64,000 nucleotides of DNA from positions 5,318-69,317 of the forward strand of contig CAYXTM010000006.1 in assembly GCA_964468585.1 (NCBI GenBank), written 5' to 3'. This DNA is from an uncultured Thermoplasmatales archaeon (GTDB lineage: Archaea > Thermoplasmatota > Thermoplasmata > Thermoplasmatales > GCA-001856825). Under the pieces are notes generated by a model. It worked only from the letters and a program-made list of their open reading frames with translations, had not been told where the DNA came from and searched no databases. A program made the position numbers and the translations under genes. Positions 45,767-55,113 of the stretch are shown here, in pieces; the first letter of the stretch is position 1; every line of letters starts with the position of its first letter.

Positions 45767-46950
45767 ATGTGCGATACTGTGTGTAAAAGAAGGGAAAACG
45801 TTACCTACTTCCTAAAGAACAGTGACAGGGAACCGGAAGAGGCACAGTTCGTAGAATATTATCCCCATGGTTTTGTGAAAGATAAGATAAAGGCTACTTA
45901 TCTGGAGGTGGAATACGAAGGGGAGAGAAATGCAATTGTGATATCAAGGCCTTACTGGATGTGGGGGCCGAAATGGGAATAAACGAACATGGCGTGGCAA
46001 TTGGAAACGAAGCAATATTCTCCAAAGTGAAGCGCAAGGAGAATAGGCTCCTCGGAATGGATCTCCTGAGGCTTGGCCTTGAGAGAGGAAAAAATGCTAA
46101 GGAGTCCGCTTCGTACATGATAGAGTATCTCGAAAAATATGGAGTAAGCGGATCGAACAGCAACCGGAAACCTCTCTATTATGACAACGCGTTCCTCATA
46201 ACAGACAGAAGGGAGAGTTACGTCCTGGAGACAGAATGGAAGGACTACACCCTCAACAAGGTTGGAAATGATTGGTCAATTTCAAATTTTCCATCCTTCA
46301 GAACGTACAGCCTAGACAGGTTATACTCCACTTTAGGAAAAGGAATAAAAAGGCAGAGTAGGACACTCTCCATGATAAAAAGATCAGATAGTTTGCAGGA
46401 TATGATGGGGCTAATGAGGATGCATCACAACGGATTTACGCACCCGAGAAACGGCAATAATGAAGATGTCTGTATGCACGGTGGATTTCTTTCAAGAAAA
46501 GATCAGACGGCAAACTCCTTTGTGATAGAGATTTGGGATGCTTTTTCATTGATATGGACTACACATTCTGGAAATCCATGCGTATCCGTTTATAAACCCA
46601 TAATTTTTATGAACGGAATGATTGTTGGGAACCCTTTGCCAGACAGGGGGTATTGGAAAACTGCCCAGGAAATGCATTACAAATTGTTTATGGCACCTGA
46701 TGAAGAATATGAAAGGTCTCGTGAGAATGTGTTGAAGATACAGAATGATTTAATCGCAAGATTCGAGCCAATTCGAAACAAGCTATTATCCTCTATAAGT
46801 CTGGAAAAGGAAGAGATAGACAGTTTTTATGAATACGCTTATAGGATCGAGAGGGATCAACGGGGAGGGAAGAAGGTGTCTTCCATGTATGGTCTTTGGC
46901 TTTTCTTACAGTTGCGTCGTTTAGCTAATGCACAGTTCTTTGAAACCTGA
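45767..46950 (+). pseudogene. secernin-like peptidase C69 (Ntn hydrolase) with a frameshift at 45962-45966
   Basis: 'MCDTV...FLKNSDREPEEAQFVEY' (N-terminal nucleophile Cys directly after Met) ends in 'YWMWGPKWE*'. The frame displaced by one base (equivalent to one missing G) continues 'GAEMGINEHGVAIGNEAI'. The junction lies in a GGGGG run. Confidence 0.8.
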
Positions 46951-48074
46951 TTCAAGCTTCATTTGCATTAACAGGGACGGGAATGAGTGAATAAACCATA
47001 CTACTTGGTCTTTATCATTTCAATATTCAGGAGGGTCTGGAAATAACATACTGCAGGGGTTTCTCACATTTTAAGTCAACCCTTTGGTCTTCCTTGCCCT
47101 GTCTTTCTCCAAAAGATCTCTCCTCTCTCAATATGGTCATCTCATGGAAATCATTCAAAATATTTATGAATTTTATGTCTGCACTTGTTGCTTACCTAGA
47201 TAACTAGAATTTAGACTCGAGGAAAGAGTTACTGTATGGAATTTCTGGTCTCAAGAGAAGAACTCCTTACGTTGAGTTTCCAAAGAGCTGACAATTTGCA
47301 AAGCATCTACCTGATAAATGTAATATTTGGTTACAAAATCCCAGTTGCTTTCAACTATGCATTCTGATATTATAACAACAACATGTCTGCCTATTTTACT
47401 TAGTCTTGTAAAATCTAATTTGAGAATCTATAAGCGCCTTCATACATTTGTTCTTATGTAATTTTTTTGTCTGTTGGCCTTATTAAATACTCCCAATATT
47501 TCCGCTATATTCCGCCGCCTAAACAGAGCAAAACATCTCCGTTGTAAACTTTACGATATCGTGCAAGTATAATTTCCGATCAATCACCAAATACATATGC
47601 CCATCATTTTATTATTGAACCAGTGTCCAGATATATTGTTTTCTTTGTAATTTCCAGTACTCCTAACCAGATTTATTATTCTCCTATCTATTTTAATTGG
47701 TTCAAAGTCTAAATCCGATGTGTTCATAATAGAGCACTTCGTCAGTGATTTGTTGAAATCTTAAATAAGTTCGTTTTCTATTGCACTTTCCAAGGTGAAA
47801 TTTACATCTGTACCCTGCCGGCATGCAAGAATCTTTAATTCCATCAACGGTTCCCTATCTGTTAAAATCCTCGTTTTTGTCTCCATTCATATTCAATTGG
47901 TACTACAGGACTTAAGAATTCACATACATGCAGCAATAATTTCATTTGAATCTAATCAGACAGAATTTAAATTAAATTTGCCGTGGCGTTTGTATAATAT
48001 ATGGAAGCGAAATTCTATTACTCCATTTGATCGCAGGATCAATAAAAAATTAGGTGAATCAGTATTCGATTAAA
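46951..48074. other. ORF-poor decayed tract abutting the 3' end of tRNA-Ala
   Basis: No ORF of 60 aa or more lies between 46951 and 47794. The minus strand shows successive coding-looking segments in different frames, interrupted by stops. Confidence 0.5.
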
Positions 48075-48146
48075 TGGACCGGTCGGGATTTGAACCCGAG
48101 GCCTCCTGCTTGCGAAGCAGGCGATCTTCCGCTGATCTACCGGCCC
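48075..48146 (-). tRNA. tRNA-Ala (anticodon CGC)
   Basis: The reverse complement is GGGCCGGTAGATCAGCGGAAGATCGCCTGCTTCGCAAGCAGGAGGCCTCGGGTTCAAATCCCGACCGGTCCA. It folds as a 7-bp acceptor stem with a G3:U70 pair, anticodon loop TTCGCAA and T-loop TTCAAAT. No CCA is encoded. A T-rich tract follows. Confidence 0.95.
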
Positions 48147-48195
48147 TGTCTGCTTATGGATTTGTTATTAAAAAAGTTACTGAATTCTCTTTTCT

Positions 48196-49095
48196 TTACA
48201 ATTTCATCGTGGATTTACTTTTCAGGTTTTTATCTTCCTCCTCATATGAATCATATTTTATAAGATCATAAAATTCCTTCCTAGTCATAAGGTTGTTGAG
48301 AATGTCCCTCTGGGTTCCATTCTTGGCTAGCTCCGAATATATATAATCCATTGCTTTAAGTGACGCCCTGAACGCTGTCAGGGGGAAGATCACAATTTTA
48401 AAACCTATTTCCTCAAGTTCTTTAACTGACAATAACGGGCTTTTACCGAATTCAGTCATATTGGCCAGTAGGGGTGCTTTTACCTCTCTGGCAAATTTTT
48501 CAAACTCTTCCTTTGTCTCAAGAGCCTCAGGGAATATAGCATCTGCGCCAGCATCAAGATAAGCAAGAGCCCTGTTGATTGCGCTATCCAATCCCTCAAC
48601 CGCTCTGGCATCAGTTCTTGCAATTATCATGAAATCCTTATTTTTTTTAACTGAGGAAGCTGCTAAAATTTTCTCTACCATATCATTCTTACTGATCAGC
48701 TCCTTTCCATTCAGGTGCCCACATTTTTTGGGCAGGACCTGATCCTCAATGTGTAAAGCGGATACTCCAATGCTTTCCATCTCAATTACCGTCCTTTCCA
48801 CATTGAGAACTTCACCGAAACCGGTGTCAACATCTACTATTAATGGGAGTTTTGATATTCTAATTATCTTTCTTGCTTCGTCCAACACCTCTGTAAACGT
48901 TGTTAGAGATAAATCAGGCAGACCCATGACACCTGCCACACCTGATCCGGAAAGGTACAGTGCCTTGAACCCATACCTCTCAGCAATGAGGGCTCCAATA
49001 CCATTGAACACACCTGGGGCTGCAACTATGCCCTCATTAATGGATTTCCTCAAAAATGAAGGTCCGAGATTCTGGTTACTTCCCAGAAGGTGCAT
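48196..49095 (-). CDS. prpB: methylisocitrate lyase (isocitrate lyase/PEP mutase family)
   Basis: 'DVDTGFG', 'HIEDQVLPKKCGHLNGKE', 'IIARTDA'. Confidence 0.8.
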   Translation of the reverse strand: MHLLGSNQNLGPSFLRKSINEGIVAAPGVFNGIGALIAERYGFKALYLSGSGVAGVMGLPDLSLTTFTEVLDEARKIIRISKLPLIVDVDTGFGEVLNVERTVIEMESIGVSALHIEDQVLPKKCGHLNGKELISKNDMVEKILAASSVKKNKDFMIIARTDARAVEGLDSAINRALAYLDAGADAIFPEALETKEEFEKFAREVKAPLLANMTEFGKSPLLSVKELEEIGFKIVIFPLTAFRASLKAMDYIYSELAKNGTQRDILNNLMTRKEFYDLIKYDSYEEEDKNLKSKSTMKL

Positions 49096-50434
49096 GTTTA
49101 GTCACCTCCAGCAGCTCTTTAGCATCATGCGCCTCAAAATTCTTTACCAAATCAACTATTTCTTTTACAAAATTCTCATCTCTGGTCAATCTGAACCCCT
49201 TTTCCATGACATTATCCCACGTATATGGGTTTCTGAAGTGTCCCAATGGAACATCAACTTCTTCTGTCCAAGTGCCTTTGTTTGTCTTAATTGTGATCTT
49301 GCATGGTAGGAATTCAGGATACATATTGTTGAATTCGGGAGTGACAGTGAATTTCATCTTCTTGATGAGGTTAAGGATTTCTTTGTCGCTGAGGAATGGT
49401 TCGTAATAGGATTCAGGCTTAGGAACCCCATATTTAAGAGTATATGCTATTATGTAGGGCATGCTATGATCGGCGGTTTCCTTGGTCTTAGGTTCGAGTT
49501 TTTCAGGATCCTTTATTATAATATCATAAGCTACCTGGAAAGTTTCCACTTCAATGGATTCTATTTCACCTTCTATTTCACCTTTCAATTTAAGAGCTGC
49601 CTCAACCGAGCTCATGGCATGATACTCAACAGGATAATTTTTGATCATGGTTTTCAATATCCTATTCTTTTCAAGGTTTAAGGTAATGTTCCCGGTTACC
49701 TGTCTTAAGAATCCTCTTTCTCCGGTGAAAATAGGCTGAGGGCCAGTGAAGCCGTTCTTAGTTAAAAGGTATGCGAATACGCTATTTCGTCCAGCATTAG
49801 CTACAGTGCAGCCTTTCCACATGCTCAATTCTCCCACCCTGGTTTGCCTCAGAGAAATGTTGTTATTGATTCCCAGGCTTATTAGATGAGAGAATTTTTC
49901 AATGTTCAAATCCATCATCAGACCAATTCCAGCGGCAGAAGAAAGGGAGATATATGTTACGTGATCCCATCCCCTATCCCTTATGGATGAAGCATCAGAG
50001 AAGGCCCCAACAACCTGATAGGCCATGGCTATACCGGAGATGATGTCAGATCCTGAGACATTTTCAGCTTCTCCTATAGCCATTATAGGCGGTATATTGT
50101 CGGATGGATGGAGGGCCTCCTTTGAAAGGTAGGTATCATTGTAATCAATATATCTAGTCATACATCCATTCAGATAGGATGCAACATCAGAACTGGCTTT
50201 CTGCGAGGTAAAATATATGGAAGAGTTCAATTTGCCGCAACTTGGAAGGAGAGAGTTTATGGATATTTCAACGGGTTCAGCATTCCTTGCCCCGTAAGCT
50301 ACGAAAATTGAATCAGCGATTCTCTTTTTCAATTCATCAATTGTTTTGAAATCCAGTATATTGTTCCTGAGATTTTTGCCAGCATCGTATATTAACTCTA
50401 CGATTCTGTCCATATTCCCATAATATTTCAACAA
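49076..50434 (-). CDS. prpD: 2-methylcitrate dehydratase (MmgE/PrpD family)
   Basis: 452 aa with a PrpD-like layout ('HPSDNIPPIMA', 'ADHSMPY'). It overlaps prpB by 20 nt. Confidence 0.75.
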   Translation of the reverse strand: MLKYYGNMDRIVELIYDAGKNLRNNILDFKTIDELKKRIADSIFVAYGARNAEPVEISINSLLPSCGKLNSSIYFTSQKASSDVASYLNGCMTRYIDYNDTYLSKEALHPSDNIPPIMAIGEAENVSGSDIISGIAMAYQVVGAFSDASSIRDRGWDHVTYISLSSAAGIGLMMDLNIEKFSHLISLGINNNISLRQTRVGELSMWKGCTVANAGRNSVFAYLLTKNGFTGPQPIFTGERGFLRQVTGNITLNLEKNRILKTMIKNYPVEYHAMSSVEAALKLKGEIEGEIESIEVETFQVAYDIIIKDPEKLEPKTKETADHSMPYIIAYTLKYGVPKPESYYEPFLSDKEILNLIKKMKFTVTPEFNNMYPEFLPCKITIKTNKGTWTEEVDVPLGHFRNPYTWDNVMEKGFRLTRDENFVKEIVDLVKNFEAHDAKELLEVTKHAPSGK

Positions 50435-50498
50435 ATAAATATTGAGTGATTAGTTGATTGTATTACTGAATTCAAACTTCTAAATTAAAAAATAAAAG

Positions 50499-51449
50499 TT
50501 AATTATAATCAATGGTTAATTCGCAAATATCAGTGCCATAAGATGCTATCCTCTCTACATCTTCAAGAATTTCTTCCAATTCAACTGCATGTTTCATGTT
50601 TGATATCTCTTCCTTTAAATTATCCCTCTGTTTCTTGATATACTCCTTCCTTGATATTAGATCATTTGCTCCTTCCACATTCCTCTTGAAGTAAAATTCT
50701 ACGGCACTTTCAAAAATTGCAATTGCATCGTTTACATACTTAATTATGTTAGGATTCTCCTCGAGTAGCTCTGCTTTTGCTATCTTATATATTCTGGTGG
50801 CGTGATCTGCAATTCTCTCCATGGTCTTTGCAAATAGCAAATAAGATAGTGCTTCTTCAGTTTTAATCCTGTTCATCTGAAGGATCGTATAATTCTTAAG
50901 GGATTCGTTGTAAAGCCTCTGTATATATAGATTAAACTTATCCACCTCAGTATCTTTTGAAAGAATATAATCACCAGGGATCTTGTCTCTACTTATGGAT
51001 TCTTTAACAAGACTCCTGACTAAGGTGTCTATCCTTCTTATTGCCTTTTCGAAGGTGAGGGTAGGGAGAGATACAATATCTTCTAAAACTGCTGTATACT
51101 CATTTTCTACAACAACCTCAAAACCAACAGTAAGGTCAAGAAAGCTTTTAATTATCTGTCCCAAGGCTCCCTTTGAATCAGCCTTGACTATTATCTCTTT
51201 ATAGCCTCTTATGTATTTGGAAAGCATTAATCTTAACGAATTCTCAATGGAATTTCCCCGCAATTCAATAATTGCAGACTCCTTAACATCCTTTCCCTTG
51301 TCAAATGGTTCCAAAATTATGGCTCCCGAATCATTATAGTTCAGTGATACCTTTGAACCAACTTTCAAATCGAAGTTCTGGCACCAGGCTTTAGGTAAAG
51401 ATACAACCAGTGTGCTCCCGCCCGTTTTTTGAATCTTTCTGATTTCCAC
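50499..51449 (-). CDS. AbrB/SpoVT-domain plus PhoU-domain regulator (archaeal phosphate uptake regulator type)
   Basis: The N-terminus 'IRKIQKTGGSTLVVSLPKAW' is a SpoVT/AbrB domain. The C-terminus has helical PhoU-like repeats ('ERIADHATRI', 'ERIASYGTDI'). Confidence 0.75.
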   Translation of the reverse strand: MEIRKIQKTGGSTLVVSLPKAWCQNFDLKVGSKVSLNYNDSGAIILEPFDKGKDVKESAIIELRGNSIENSLRLMLSKYIRGYKEIIVKADSKGALGQIIKSFLDLTVGFEVVVENEYTAVLEDIVSLPTLTFEKAIRRIDTLVRSLVKESISRDKIPGDYILSKDTEVDKFNLYIQRLYNESLKNYTILQMNRIKTEEALSYLLFAKTMERIADHATRIYKIAKAELLEENPNIIKYVNDAIAIFESAVEFYFKRNVEGANDLISRKEYIKKQRDNLKEEISNMKHAVELEEILEDVERIASYGTDICELTIDYN

Positions 51450-51636
51450 GAAAATGAAATTGCGAATATATATTAATATATATCATTTCCATTTGATACA
51501 TATAATATATACTCTCTATCAGACCAGAATTAGAATCCAGGTTAAAATTTCATAAATGACGATTAATATGAATTAGGCAAGTCAGCTAAAAATAATTTTT
51601 ATATCATGAATCAAAACTTAAATTTTTTAGTTTAAC

Positions 51637-53421
51637 ATGTTACATAATGATTTTAATACTCTGCTATTTCATATACCCATGGATCAAGCATTTGAGTCAA
51701 TGATATCTAACGAATTCGAAATTAGTCCTAACTCTAGAATGAAGAGCTTGGATGAGGTAACCCAGAAATTCGGTCACCTCATGAAGCCAGGGATGTTAGC
51801 ATTGAGAGTAACAGCATCCCTCTGTCCATATTGTGTGGATGAAAATAAATTCGATTCCATGAAGATACCGGCCCTTGTTTATGCAGAGGGCGGAGAAGTA
51901 AAAATGGTAAAGGAATGTCCAGAACACGGAGTCATTTACGAGAAGTACTGGGAAGATTATGACATGTATATGAAGGCAAAGAAATGGCTGGACAAAGGAA
52001 TTAAACTTGAAAACCCAATCATAAATCTCGCCGCAGAGAAAATTGACTGCCCCAAGCACTGCGGTCTTTGCGTGAAACACAAGAGTCATACCGGCCTAGG
52101 AAACATTGTCCTTACCAATAGATGTGATTTATCATGCTGGTATTGCTTCTTCTATGCCAAAGAAAATGACCCAATATATGAGCCTACACACGAACAGATA
52201 AGGATGATGTTAAGGAGGATGAGAAATGAAAAACCAGTGGGCGCAAATGCTGTTCAGCTCACGGGTGGAGAACCAACCTTAAGGGAAGACCTTCCAGAAA
52301 TTGCTAGGATAGCAAAGGAAGAAGGTTATGAGCACATCCAGCTCAATACAAACAGTATAAGAGCATCGAGAGACCCAGAATTCATTCAGAAATGCAAAGA
52401 TAACGGTGTAAATGTCATTTATACAAGCTTTGATGGTGTGACACCTAGATCAAATCCAAAGAATTTCTGGGAAATTCCTAAGGCCCTTGATACATACAGA
52501 AAGGTAGGCCTTGGAGTGGTACTTGTCCCGACAGTAATCGGAGGCGTTAATGACGGTGAACTTGGGGATATCATAAGATTTGGACTTTACAATATAGATG
52601 TTGTAAGAAGTGTGAACTTCCAGCCAGTTTCTCTGGTGGGAAGAATGCCAGACAAACTTAGGGAGAGGCAGAGGGTTACAATTCCAGGTGCCATAAAGAA
52701 GATTGAAGAGCAAATGGATGGTGCAATTGGAAGAGAAGACTTCTTCACAGTTCCATCAACCACATCCATTACTAACTTTGTGGAGGCCCTGAAGGGCAAG
52801 CCAACCTACAGGTTGAGTATACACTTTGCATGCGGTATGGGTACATATGTATTTAAAAATCCAGATGGCTCCATAATACCTGTAACCAGGTTCATAGATG
52901 TGGAAGGGTTATTCGAATATGTTAATGAACTGGCAGCAGACATTAATGATTCTAAAATTAAAACACTGAAAAAGGCATCGGCACTGACATCCCTATTAAG
53001 AAAACTGAATACGTTCGTTGATGAGAAGAAGGCACCTCCAGACTTCAAGCTTAGGGAAATGATCTTTGGAGCATTCTCAGGTGGAGATTACCATGGACTA
53101 AAGGCTTTCCATTACAAGAGTCTGTTCATTGGTTTCATGCACTTCATGGATCCATATACGTACGATGTGGATAGGGTAGAGAGATGCGATATCCACTATG
53201 CCATGCCTGATGGGAAAGTGGTCCCATTCTGCGCCTTCAATGTTATACCTGAACTTTACAGGGATGCAACTCAAAGGAGATTCTCCATAGATCCAAAGAT
53301 CTATGAAGAGAAAACCGGAATTGATCTGAAGAAGGAGAAATACTTCAGGAAATATACCGAACAGGAGAAGAAAGAAATAATTGCCTTCTATGAAAAGGCA
53401 ATTGGTAGAAAGATAATGTAA
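51637..53421 (+). CDS. radical SAM protein with N-terminal Cys-rich modules; candidate tetraether lipid synthase (Tes/GDGT-MAS-like)
   Basis: 'CPYCV...CPEHG' (rubredoxin/zinc-ribbon-like), 'CPKHCGLC', radical SAM 'NRCDLSCWYC', 'LTGGEPTL', and the C-terminal 'CDIHY...PFCAFN'. The radical SAM call is firm. The Tes assignment is inference. Confidence 0.6.
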   Translation: MLHNDFNTLLFHIPMDQAFESMISNEFEISPNSRMKSLDEVTQKFGHLMKPGMLALRVTASLCPYCVDENKFDSMKIPALVYAEGGEVKMVKECPEHGVIYEKYWEDYDMYMKAKKWLDKGIKLENPIINLAAEKIDCPKHCGLCVKHKSHTGLGNIVLTNRCDLSCWYCFFYAKENDPIYEPTHEQIRMMLRRMRNEKPVGANAVQLTGGEPTLREDLPEIARIAKEEGYEHIQLNTNSIRASRDPEFIQKCKDNGVNVIYTSFDGVTPRSNPKNFWEIPKALDTYRKVGLGVVLVPTVIGGVNDGELGDIIRFGLYNIDVVRSVNFQPVSLVGRMPDKLRERQRVTIPGAIKKIEEQMDGAIGREDFFTVPSTTSITNFVEALKGKPTYRLSIHFACGMGTYVFKNPDGSIIPVTRFIDVEGLFEYVNELAADINDSKIKTLKKASALTSLLRKLNTFVDEKKAPPDFKLREMIFGAFSGGDYHGLKAFHYKSLFIGFMHFMDPYTYDVDRVERCDIHYAMPDGKVVPFCAFNVIPELYRDATQRRFSIDPKIYEEKTGIDLKKEKYFRKYTEQEKKEIIAFYEKAIGRKIM

Positions 53422-53436
53422 ATTTATTAATTTTTA

Positions 53437-54021
53437 CTAATAAATTACTTTATTTCCCTCTATTCTGTATTTACCCTTTTGCAGTATTTGTATGGCCTTT
53501 ACGAGTATTTTGTGCTCAACAACATGTACTTTTTCCTGCAAGGTCTCTGGGGTGTCTAAGGAATCAACAGGTACACATTCTTGAATTATAATGGGTCCTG
53601 CATCAACATTCTCAGTGACAAAGTGAACAGTTGCTCCACTGACCTTCATCCCTGACTCCAATACTGCCTTGTGTACCCTGAGACCAAACATGCCCTTACC
53701 CCCGAATAAGGGGAGGAGAGATGGATGAATGTTAATTATTTTCCTATCTACAACTAATTTAGAAGGTAAAATTTTCATAAAACCAGCCAGCACAATAAGA
53801 TCAACGGCATCAAAATGACTGTCAAGTACATTGACCATATTACTTTTATCAATTATTATCTGTCTTATCCCGCTTCTCTTAGCCCGTACAAGAGCATTCG
53901 CATTAGGATTGTCAGAAATAACATATTCAATTGATACATTTTTCAATGTACCATCTTTAATGGCATCAATTATGGCTTGGAGATTTGTCCCTTCCCCTGA
54001 AGCTAGTACTGCCAATTTCAT
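53437..54021 (-). CDS. purN: phosphoribosylglycinamide formyltransferase
   Basis: 'KLAVLASGEGTNLQAI', 'NIHPSLLP', 'SGATVHFV'. Confidence 0.9.
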   Translation of the reverse strand: MKLAVLASGEGTNLQAIIDAIKDGTLKNVSIEYVISDNPNANALVRAKRSGIRQIIIDKSNMVNVLDSHFDAVDLIVLAGFMKILPSKLVVDRKIINIHPSLLPLFGGKGMFGLRVHKAVLESGMKVSGATVHFVTENVDAGPIIIQECVPVDSLDTPETLQEKVHVVEHKILVKAIQILQKGKYRIEGNKVIY

Positions 54022-54991
54022 CGTTTAAAGATATTTCATCCAAAATATATTTATTTTTATCTTTTTCACCCAAAGACATCAAGAGCTCATAATAGGTTAT
54101 GATTGGCTTTGAAAAGGTAGAATAATCTTCTATTGTGACCCTAGGACAGGCTGTATTCACATACACATCAGCGGGGAAATTAATTATTTCATCATTCCTG
54201 ATTAAGTCCATTATGACTATGAAGGATCTTTTCCCATATTTGTTAAGAATTTCCTGTGATTTTTTTGCCAGAGTATATCTTGTCTGGCCTACTTTTGATG
54301 AGACTATTATGCCAAAAACCTTAGCTCTTGATGAGTAATCAATGGCAGCATATCTTTGTGCAAGGAATTTTTTCTTGTAATTTTCCATATCAACATATTC
54401 GTTGGTAACAGGATTAAAAGCTATCACTGGTTTATCCAGGGCCAGGGCGATTCCTAACGGATGAAACAGACCTTCGCCTATGAAGAGGACACCATCACCA
54501 CTTCCCCTAGCCGCAGAAACATTGCAGCCAAGTATTTGGCCAGGGTAAAATACCCGATGATCCCCTCTGTGCAATTCCACTTTCACCCCTTTTTTCTCCA
54601 ATTCATTCTTTATCCGTGGAAGCTCGTTTGAGTACGTGACATTAGATGTGAGTGTAAGGGACCTGAATGGTATCCTGGAGTAATCTAATTCAAACTCAAG
54701 ATTTTTCTGCATCTCAAGAAAAACAATATATCCAAATTCTCCGAGATGTGGAATCTCAGAATGGCCAAACTGTACGATAAGGTCTAAGTTTCCTTTCTGA
54801 GGAATATCACACGCGCCCCAGAAGGGATCCCCCATGAAAACTATATCCTTATCCACCAACTCATCCAGGATAATACCTATCTTATTTTTCAGTCCCTCCG
54901 GCAACTGGATTCCAACTGTTCTGGCGTTCTTATATTTATCCATACCCTTTAGTCTCTTTAACTCCGATTTAAGTAACTCATCAACATTCAT
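53966..54991 (-). CDS. dph2: diphthamide biosynthesis protein Dph2 (2-(3-amino-3-carboxypropyl)histidine synthase)
   Basis: 'VGIQLPEGLK', three-domain layout, 341 aa as in archaeal Dph2. The 3' end overlaps the purN start by 56 nt. Confidence 0.75.
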   Translation of the reverse strand: MNVDELLKSELKRLKGMDKYKNARTVGIQLPEGLKNKIGIILDELVDKDIVFMGDPFWGACDIPQKGNLDLIVQFGHSEIPHLGEFGYIVFLEMQKNLEFELDYSRIPFRSLTLTSNVTYSNELPRIKNELEKKGVKVELHRGDHRVFYPGQILGCNVSAARGSGDGVLFIGEGLFHPLGIALALDKPVIAFNPVTNEYVDMENYKKKFLAQRYAAIDYSSRAKVFGIIVSSKVGQTRYTLAKKSQEILNKYGKRSFIVIMDLIRNDEIINFPADVYVNTACPRVTIEDYSTFSKPIITYYELLMSLGEKDKNKYILDEISLNDEIGSTSFRGRDKSPSHN

Positions 54992-55029
54992 TGGTAAAAG
55001 GTTATATTATCTTCGTAATTAACCTTTGA

Positions 55030-55113
55030 GCCGTGGTAGCCAAGCGGCCCAAGGCGCCAGCCTTGAGAGCTGGTCCCCATATGGGGGCGGGAGTTCAAAT
55101 CTCCCCCACGGCG
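55030..55113 (+). tRNA. tRNA-Ser (anticodon TGA)
   Basis: GCCGTGG acceptor stem, anticodon stem CCAGC/GCTGG with loop CTTGAGA, a long variable arm (TCCCCATATGGGGGC) and T-loop TTCAAAT. No CCA is encoded. Confidence 0.93.

Noticed and set aside
33600-47000. A clear GC-content jump marking the proposed island
   Set aside because: Spot counts of individual 60-nt lines gave overlapping values inside and outside the region (roughly high 30s to about 50 percent in coding DNA on both sides). I do not claim a compositional shift without a proper sliding-window calculation.
47795-48073. 92-aa plus-strand ORF ending 2 nt before tRNA-Ala
   Set aside because: It has a GTG start, no motif and lies inside the frame-hopping decayed tract. 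It is more likely a chance ORF than a gene.
48196-50434. prpD-prpB without prpC as an anomaly
   Set aside because: Methylcitrate synthase can be encoded elsewhere or supplied by a citrate synthase paralog. Its absence from a 64-kb window is not informative.
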